Of a stretch of 64,000 nt of DNA, positions 57,601-64,000 are shown one piece after another. Position 1 is the stretch's first letter. Each line of letters begins with the position of its first letter. Position numbers and translations under genes: made by a program. Location of the stretch: assembly GCA_963795085.1 (NCBI GenBank), contig CAWCFX010000002.1:256001-320000 (forward strand), written 5' to 3'. The stretch comes from an uncultured Gemmatimonadales bacterium (GTDB lineage: Bacteria > Gemmatimonadota > Gemmatimonadetes > Gemmatimonadales > GWC2-71-9). A model generated the notes under the pieces. It did no database searches. It was not told the DNA's origin and saw nothing but the letters and a program-made list of their open reading frames with translations.

Positions 57601-58771
57601 TGGACCTCGATGGCTGACCAGGGTGGCCCGCGGAGAAGGTCCGGGGCTCTGGCGGCAAATCTGGCACGACCGAGGTCAGTTTTTCAACCCGGCCGCTGCG
57701 ACCGTCCCGGATCTCTTTCACCCGGCCGCCGCTTTCGGCGAACCCGAAGAGCGTCGTGTCGCGCCGCCCCACGAGGGGAATTGGGGCCCGCAACTGCCAG
57801 CGGTCAATGATCCAGGCCCCGGATTCCAGTTTTCGGAACGAGAGATTTCCCCCGGCGCTGTCCGCCATGACCCAGCGTCCCAGGCCGGTGTACCAGAATT
57901 GCAGGGACCGAAGTTCCAGCGTCCGCCGATCCAGGGTGAGCCGCCCCCTGATATCGTGCCGGTTACTGCGCCGCTCCGGCTGAAAGGCGACGACGACGAG
58001 GGCCGCCGAGTCCTCCGCCGGTTCGACCGAGAAGCAGTGGCTGTCCAGGAACCAACCGGCGAAGAGCACTCGCGGATCGGGCCCGAAATACACCGGGCCG
58101 GTCTGGACCTGGAACTCGCCAGGTACCTGGCGAGGTTCGTGGACGAAGCCGTAGCGGGCCAGGGTATCGGGATGAGCACTGGCCACCGGCCACATGGCCT
58201 GGCTTGACGATGTGGCGGTCTCCCGTTCCCCGGCGCCGCCAGGTGCGGTGGGCCGCCGCAGGTAGGTCTCGGTGCGGAACCGGAGCAAGCCCTGGCGAAT
58301 GGTCTGGTCGGTGATCGCGAGCGCCTTCTCCGCCTCGCCCAGCAGGCTGGCGATGATGTCGCCATCCCCGGTGCGGACGCCGCAGCGGGACCGGCTGGCG
58401 GTGATCTCCAGCGCGGCGAGCTGGATGATCCGGTCCTCCAGAATCAGGCGGGTTTCCTGCCGTTCGCCGGCGGAAAGCTGGGCGGGCCGCGAAAGCCAGC
58501 TCGCATACCCGATGCGCAGTACCCGGATCTGATAGGAACCCGGTCCGGGGAGCTGGAACCCGAATCCCCCGGTGGGCGAGGACAACGTCCGGGCGACCTC
58601 CCGGCCCTCGGCATCGAGCAGAACGACCAGGGCGCCGGCGACCGCATTGCTGTCCGTGCCGGCCAGGACTCGGCCGCTCCACTCCTGCGCCGTCCCCGAA
58701 GTCGCGGCCCCCAGGGCCATGATCCCGAGCAGGGCCGCCAGCCGGCCGGGTCGAAAGGTTGAGAAGTTCAT
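57440..58771 (-). CDS. Carboxypeptidase-regulatory-like domain exported protein
   Basis: SGRVL...VAGALVVL...TGGF...GSYQIRVLRIGY. The true 3' end is probably near 57676 (see findings). Confidence 0.75.
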   Translation of the reverse strand: MNFSTFRPGRLAALLGIMALGAATSGTAQEWSGRVLAGTDSNAVAGALVVLLDAEGREVARTLSSPTGGFGFQLPGPGSYQIRVLRIGYASWLSRPAQLSAGERQETRLILEDRIIQLAALEITASRSRCGVRTGDGDIIASLLGEAEKALAITDQTIRQGLLRFRTETYLRRPTAPGGAGERETATSSSQAMWPVASAHPDTLARYGFVHEPRQVPGEFQVQTGPVYFGPDPRVLFAGWFLDSHCFSVEPAEDSAALVVVAFQPERRSNRHDIRGRLTLDRRTLELRSLQFWYTGLGRWVMADSAGGNLSFRKLESGAWIIDRWQLRAPIPLVGRRDTTLFGFAESGGRVKEIRDGRSGRVEKLTSVVPDLPPEPRTFSAGHPGQPSRSNARNSRDSAGRRPAQRRSRRTGRGPDPRGGRRGDRGAAPVPGRRTSESGVAPG

Positions 58772-58846
58772 GGGTCACCCACCCTTGAAGCAGCCTTGCC
58801 GGGAAGGCTAAATTTATGGGCTAAATTCACTTAGAAGGACCACAGC

Positions 58847-59167
58847 ATGCCGACGTACGAGTACAGGTGCTTTGACGGACACGTCTTCGAGAAGTTCCAG
58901 AAGATGACCGACAAGTCCCGGTCCAAATGCCCCACCTGCGGCAAGGCGGCCAGCCGCCTCATCTCCGGTGGTGCCGGGCTGGTGTTCAAGGGCAGCGGTT
59001 TCTATATCACCGACTATGGCAAGGATGGCAAGGGGCCCCGCAAGGCGCCGGCGGAAGCGTCGGGCGGCGGCGATACGAAGAGCGATTCCAAAACGGAATC
59101 CAAACCGGACAAGAAGGAAACGAAGCCTGCCACCGAGACCAAGCCTCTCAAGAAAGCTTCCGAGTGA
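58847..59167 (+). CDS. FmdB-family zinc-ribbon protein
   Basis: MPTYEYRCFDGHVFE, CPTCG, FKGSGFYITDY. Confidence 0.92.
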   Translation: MPTYEYRCFDGHVFEKFQKMTDKSRSKCPTCGKAASRLISGGAGLVFKGSGFYITDYGKDGKGPRKAPAEASGGGDTKSDSKTESKPDKKETKPATETKPLKKASE

Positions 59168-59177
59168 GCCGGAGCCT

Positions 59178-60815
59178 GTGAACGAACCGATCCGGGCCGA
59201 GCTGGCGCGCGTGGCCGCGCTGCTGGAGGCACCCGACGCCGAGTTCGTGCTGGAGCGCCCTCGGGACAGCGACCACGGCGACCTGGCGACCAACCTCGCG
59301 ATGGTGGTCGCCCGGCGCCAGAAGGCCAATCCCCGCAAACTCGCGGAGCGGGTCATCGCCGAACTCCGTTTCCCCGAAGGCACCGTCGCCCGCACCGAGA
59401 TCGCCGGGCCGGGGTTTATCAACTTCTGGCTGGCCGAAGACCAGCTGGTGGCGCTGGCCGGCCGGATTCTCCGCGAGGGCGAGCGGTATGGGCGCTCCAC
59501 GTCCGGGGCCGGGCGGCGGATCAACGTGGAGTTTGTCTCCGCCAACCCCACCGGCCCGCTTCACGTGGGGCATGGCCGGGGCGCCGCGCAGGGCGATGGC
59601 ATCGCGGCCCTGCTGGCTTGGACCGGGCACGCCGTCACCCGCGAATTCTACATCAACGATGCCGGGGTCCAGATCGGCAAGCTGGCCGAAAGCCTCTGGG
59701 CCCGGATCCAGCAGGCTGCCGGGCGGGAGCAGGAGATCCCCGAAGGCGGCTACCACGGGGAGTACCTCAAGGAGGCGGCGGAGGCGGTACTGAAAGGGAA
59801 GGGCCCCGCCTTTGCCGACCTGCCGGAAGCGGAGGCGCTGCCCCGCTGCCGGGCGCTGGTGCTGGCCAGTCAGCGGGCCGAGCAGGACCAGCTGCTGGCC
59901 GACTTCGGAGTCCGCTTCGATGTGATGACCTCGGAGCAGAGCATCTACGACCGGGGCCTCATTGAGAGGGTGCTCGCCACGCTCGAAGGGCGCGGCCTGC
60001 TCTACCAGAGGGACGATGCGCTCTGGCTCCGCACCACCGACTTCGGGGACGACCAGGACCGGGTGCTGCGGAAACGCGACGGCTCCTATACCTACGTGGT
60101 GCCGGACATCGCCTACCACGCCGACAAGCACGACCGCGGATTCGAAGAGGTCATCGACCTCTGGGGTGCCGACCACCACGGTTACATCCCCCGGATGCGT
60201 GCCGCCCTCCGTGGCCTCGGCTACCCGGACGAGTTCTTCAGCGCGGTCATCGTCCAGCTGGTCAAGGTGGTGCGGGGCGGAGAAGAGGTCCGCATGTCCA
60301 AGCGGTCCGGCGATTTCGTAACGCTGCGGGACCTGATCGAAGAGGTCGGGGTGGACGCTGCCCGCTATTTCTTCCTGATGCGCCGGGGCGACTCTCATTT
60401 CACCTTCGACGTGGACCTGGCCCGGAAGCAGACCGACGAGAACCCGGTTTTTTACGTGCAGATGGCCCACGCCCGGCTGTCGGGCATCTTCCGCACCGCG
60501 GGGCGGGAGCCGGAAGCGGTCTCCGGCCCGCTCGATGTGGCCGGCCTCCCGGCCCCGGAAGACCTGGAACTCCTGAAGAAGCTGGGCCGCTTTCCCGAGG
60601 TGGTCGAAAAGGCCGCGCGGGAGCGGGAACCGCACCGGATCACCGGCTTCCTGGAAGAACTCGCCGCCATCATCCACGGCTGGTATCACCGCACCCGTAC
60701 CGTGGGCGAGGCGCCGGACATCGAAACCGCCCGCCTCCTGCTGGCCCGCGCCGCCCGGACCGTCCTGGCCAACGGGCTCTCCCTGCTGGGGCTCAGCGCC
60801 CCCGATCGGATGTAA
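59178..60815 (+). CDS. argS: Arginine-tRNA ligase
   Basis: AGPGFINF, SANPTGPLHVGHGR, GADHHGY, RMSKRSG, YVQMAHAR, APDRM. Confidence 0.97.
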   Translation: MNEPIRAELARVAALLEAPDAEFVLERPRDSDHGDLATNLAMVVARRQKANPRKLAERVIAELRFPEGTVARTEIAGPGFINFWLAEDQLVALAGRILREGERYGRSTSGAGRRINVEFVSANPTGPLHVGHGRGAAQGDGIAALLAWTGHAVTREFYINDAGVQIGKLAESLWARIQQAAGREQEIPEGGYHGEYLKEAAEAVLKGKGPAFADLPEAEALPRCRALVLASQRAEQDQLLADFGVRFDVMTSEQSIYDRGLIERVLATLEGRGLLYQRDDALWLRTTDFGDDQDRVLRKRDGSYTYVVPDIAYHADKHDRGFEEVIDLWGADHHGYIPRMRAALRGLGYPDEFFSAVIVQLVKVVRGGEEVRMSKRSGDFVTLRDLIEEVGVDAARYFFLMRRGDSHFTFDVDLARKQTDENPVFYVQMAHARLSGIFRTAGREPEAVSGPLDVAGLPAPEDLELLKKLGRFPEVVEKAAREREPHRITGFLEELAAIIHGWYHRTRTVGEAPDIETARLLLARAARTVLANGLSLLGLSAPDRM

Positions 60816-60819
60816 TGAC

Positions 60820-61740
60820 ATGAGCCTGCTCGTCGTCGGCAGCGTGGCCCTCGATTCCATCTATACCCCCTTCGGCGAGACGGCCGATGCACTGGGCGGT
60901 TCCGCCGTGTATTTCAGCGTGGCGGCGGCCCTGTTGCACCCGGTGCAGGTAGTGGGGGTGGTCGGCGACGATTACCCCATGGCGGACCTGGAGCGGCTGG
61001 CGGCGCGCGGCATCGACTGGTCCGGCGTGGAGCGGGCCGAGGGGGAAAGTTTCCGCTGGAAGGGCAAGTACAGCTACGATCTCCAGAGCCGGGAGACCCT
61101 GGAGACGCGGCTCGGTGTCTTCGCCAACTTCCAGCCCAAGCTGCCGGCCCAGGCCCGCGACTGTCGCTTCGTCTTTCTCGGCAACATCGACCCCGAGCTG
61201 CAGCTGGGGGTGCTGGAGCAGGTGCGCCAGCCGGAGCTGGTCGTCTGCGACACCATGAACTACTGGATCCAGAGCAAGAAGGACGTGCTGCTCCACCTGC
61301 TGCGCCAGGTGGATATCCTGATGGTCAACGACAGCGAGGCCCGGGAACTCTCCGGCGACTGGAACATTCACCGCGCCGGACGCTGGATCCTGCGGCACGG
61401 CCCCAGCCGGGTGGTGATCAAGCAGGGCGAATACGGCGCCCTGATGCTGGAAGAGGGCCGCACCTTCTATGTGCCGGCCTTTCCGCTGGAGGAGGTGTTC
61501 GACCCCACCGGCGCCGGGGACTCGTTCGCCGGCGGCTTCATGGGGCACCTGGCCGCCAGCGACGATATCTCCAGCGACAACCTCCGCCGCGCCATGGTGT
61601 ACGGCTCCGCCATGGGGTCCTACGCGGTGGAGCAGTTCGGCATCCGGGGGTTCGACAGCATCACGCCGGCCGATGTCCACCACCGGGTCCACGCGTACCG
61701 CGATCTCACCCATGTCTCTCTGGCGGAGCCGATCGCATGA
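60820..61740 (+). CDS. PfkB-family carbohydrate/nucleoside kinase
   Basis: GSVALD, GGSA, NDSE, DPTGAGDSFAGG. Confidence 0.92.
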   Translation: MSLLVVGSVALDSIYTPFGETADALGGSAVYFSVAAALLHPVQVVGVVGDDYPMADLERLAARGIDWSGVERAEGESFRWKGKYSYDLQSRETLETRLGVFANFQPKLPAQARDCRFVFLGNIDPELQLGVLEQVRQPELVVCDTMNYWIQSKKDVLLHLLRQVDILMVNDSEARELSGDWNIHRAGRWILRHGPSRVVIKQGEYGALMLEEGRTFYVPAFPLEEVFDPTGAGDSFAGGFMGHLAASDDISSDNLRRAMVYGSAMGSYAVEQFGIRGFDSITPADVHHRVHAYRDLTHVSLAEPIA

Positions 61741-62765
61741 CCGAGACCCGTTACGCCGAGGCCGGCGTCAACCTGGCCGATGCCGACCGCGCCAAACGGC
61801 GGATCATCGAAGCCGTCGCCGCCACTGCGACCGACCTGAGCGCCGGGCGGCCCGGCGCGTTCGGCAGCATGGTGCGGATCCCCGCCGGGCTGGATCGGCC
61901 GACCCTGGTGCTGAGCACCGACGGGGTCGGCACCAAGGTCCTGGTGGCGGCGCTGGCCAATCGCTACGACTCGGTCGGCGAGGACCTGGTCAACCACAGC
62001 GTCAACGACATCCTGGTCCACGGCGCCCGCCCCATCGCGTTCATGGATTACCTGGCCGGCTCCGACCTGACGGTGGACCAGATCGCGTCCTTGGTCGAGG
62101 GCATCGCCCGGGGGTGCCGGGCCCACGGGATGAGCCTGGCTGGCGGCGAGACCGCCCAGATGCCGGGGCTCTACGGGCCCGGGCATTACGACCTGGCCGG
62201 GACCATCGTCGGGATCGTGGATGAGTCCAAAGCGTTACATGGGGACCATATCGTTCCAGGCGATGTCCTGCTGGGATACCGCTCCACCGGGCTCCATACC
62301 AACGGCTACAGCCTGGCGCGGCGCATTGTATTCGACAAGGCAGGCTTGCAGATCGGAGACATCCTGGGCGACACCGCCCAGACCGTCGCCGACGCCCTGC
62401 TGGCCGTCCACAGGAGCTATTTCAAAGCCATTGTCCCTGTTATAGATAGGCTGCACGGTCTGGCCCACATTACCGGGGGAGGGATCCCCGGCAATCTGGT
62501 GCGGATATTGCCCGAGGGAGCCGAAGCGGTGGTGAATCCCGGTGCCTGGGAACGGCCGCCGCTGTTCCGGTTCCTTCAGCAGGCAGGCCAGGTGTCCGAT
62601 ACCGAGATGCGCGATGTGTTCAATCTTGGCATCGGGATGATCGCGGTGCTTCCCGCGGCCGAAGTGGCGCAGGTGCGTGCCGCGGCCGACGCCGACCAGG
62701 TCTCGACCTGGGTCATCGGCGAGATCCGCCCCGGCCCCTGCTCGGTGACCTTCGCCACTCACTAG
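61737..62765 (+). CDS. purM: AIR synthetase
   Basis: YAEAGV, TDGVGTK, GGETAQMP, GLHTNGYSL, HITGGG, VFNLGIG. Confidence 0.96.
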   Translation: MTETRYAEAGVNLADADRAKRRIIEAVAATATDLSAGRPGAFGSMVRIPAGLDRPTLVLSTDGVGTKVLVAALANRYDSVGEDLVNHSVNDILVHGARPIAFMDYLAGSDLTVDQIASLVEGIARGCRAHGMSLAGGETAQMPGLYGPGHYDLAGTIVGIVDESKALHGDHIVPGDVLLGYRSTGLHTNGYSLARRIVFDKAGLQIGDILGDTAQTVADALLAVHRSYFKAIVPVIDRLHGLAHITGGGIPGNLVRILPEGAEAVVNPGAWERPPLFRFLQQAGQVSDTEMRDVFNLGIGMIAVLPAAEVAQVRAAADADQVSTWVIGEIRPGPCSVTFATH

Positions 62766-62774
62766 GGGCTTCTC

Positions 62775-63734
62775 ATGCGTCTCAGGTACATCCTCGCTGC
62801 CGTGCTCTGCACCATCGTCGGCTCTCCTTTAGCGGCCCAGAGCGACGATTGCTCTCCTTACGCCGGCCAGGCCCGCAACGTCTGCGACGCCGCGGTGGAC
62901 GGCACCCGGTACTTCCACCCCATCGCCGGCCTCCTGGTCAGCGGGGGCAACCCGGTGCTCGGCACCGCCCAGTCGCTGGGCGGGCTGCCCCATTTTTTCA
63001 TCGGCCTCCGGGTGAACGCGGCCAAGGTTGGCCTGCCCGACCTCAACTACGATGGCAGCAGCGACACCCTTGCGCTTGACGACGAGATCGTGTTTCCCTC
63101 TCCCGTGGTCGAGGCGGGACTGGGCCTCTGGCGGGGGCTGGGCAAGGGCCTGCTCTCCATCGACGCGCTGGGATCGGCCCAGCTGCTGCCCACCGACCAG
63201 ATTGACAATCTCCGGGTGGATGACGACGCCCGAAAGATCGGCGACATCGCGCTGGGCCTGGGGTACGGCGCGCGGATCGGCCTCATCCGCGGCTCCTTCC
63301 CGATTCCCTCGGTCTCGGTGAGCGTGATGAAGCGGACCATTCCCCAGATCCAGTACGGCGACCTGACCGATCCCACCCAGGACTACCAGTACGCGGTGGA
63401 CCTCCAGGCCACCAACATCCGGGCCACGGCGAGTATGCGGCTGCTTTTCATCAACGTGGCGGCCGGGATCGGCTGGGATAAGTACACCGGCGACGCCGTG
63501 ATCGCCTTCCGCGACCCGTTGTTCAATATTCCGCAGCCGCCCATCAACATCGAGCTGGACAACACCCGCACCATGATGTTCGCGGACGTGCTGCTCGATT
63601 TCCCGGTGATCAAGATCGCGGGCGAGATCGGCTACCAGGCCGGCAAGGACCAGAACCTCCCGACAACGTTCGAGGGCATTGACGACACCGCGGGCAAGCT
63701 CTTCGCCAGCGCGGGTATCCGGTTCGGCTTCTAG
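62775..63734 (+). CDS. Uncharacterised outer-membrane beta-barrel-like protein
   Basis: Signal peptide, N-terminal Cys pair, C-terminal AGIRFGF. Confidence 0.72.
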   Translation: MRLRYILAAVLCTIVGSPLAAQSDDCSPYAGQARNVCDAAVDGTRYFHPIAGLLVSGGNPVLGTAQSLGGLPHFFIGLRVNAAKVGLPDLNYDGSSDTLALDDEIVFPSPVVEAGLGLWRGLGKGLLSIDALGSAQLLPTDQIDNLRVDDDARKIGDIALGLGYGARIGLIRGSFPIPSVSVSVMKRTIPQIQYGDLTDPTQDYQYAVDLQATNIRATASMRLLFINVAAGIGWDKYTGDAVIAFRDPLFNIPQPPINIELDNTRTMMFADVLLDFPVIKIAGEIGYQAGKDQNLPTTFEGIDDTAGKLFASAGIRFGF

Positions 63735-63764
63735 GCACCCTGCCCCGGCGGTCACGGCGGGGAG

Positions 63765-63794
63765 GCGGGGAGACGACCCCGTCTCCCCGCTTTT
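63765..63794 (+). terminator. Intrinsic terminator
   Basis: Perfect 11-bp stem GCGGGGAGACG-ACCC-CGTCTCCCCGC followed by TTTT. Confidence 0.8.
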
Positions 63795-63827
63795 CCGTCT
63801 CTCCCGCGTCCCCGCTTATCTTGCAGT

Positions 63828-64000
63828 ATGACCGAACTCGAGGCCATGCGCCGGGCCATCCAGGGGGGCTGGAAGGGGTGGGGGCGGGTGCATCCCAACC
63901 CGATGGTCGGGGCGGTGATTCTACGGGACGGCCGCATCATCGCCGAGGGATTTCATGCCGAGTTTGGAGGCGAGCACGCTGAAGCGGCGGCGCTCCGGCA
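63828..64000 (+). CDS. ribD: RibD deaminase/reductase, 5' part (runs off the window)
   Basis: MTELEAMRRA...PNPMVGAVI...EGFH...GGEHAE. Confidence 0.92.
   Translation, partial: MTELEAMRRAIQGGWKGWGRVHPNPMVGAVILRDGRIIAEGFHAEFGGEHAEAAALR

Noticed and set aside
63735..63827. FMN riboswitch upstream of ribD
   Set aside because: The gap is too short and is occupied by a terminator and repeat.

Overview
A very GC-rich, gene-dense bacterial chromosome segment, mostly coded on the + strand. Gene content and style suggest Gemmatimonadota (inference). Core genes: batA/batBC/batDE-like VWA cluster, mutL, miaA, bshA, uppP, birA, coaX, groES-groEL with two CIRCE operators, ftsY, recG, asnS, mazG, alr, deoB, cdd, miaB, comFB-comEC, fbp, a split methylmalonyl-CoA mutase, argS, a PfkB kinase, purM and the start of ribD. 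These are interspersed with many uncharacterised exported or envelope genes. No rRNA, tRNA, CRISPR array or intact transposase was recognised. Most notable: (1) two large palindromic arrays of GGCGGTA/TACCGCC units that bracket a lone SnoaL-like lipoprotein gene, part of a wider set of intergenic short-tandem-repeat hairpins; (2) a four-gene envelope operon ending in a predicted beta-barrel-linker-NlpC/P60 fusion; (3) a 2005-aa lipoprotein built from repeated beta-helix-like modules with no visible secretion domain; (4) a PHM-like copper protein; (5) comFB directly upstream of comEC; (6) a frameshifted antitoxin remnant next to an ECF42-like promoter; (7) an unannotated 57-aa ORF; (8) a non-canonical MutL zinc motif. 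All family calls come from motif recognition by eye; no searches were run.
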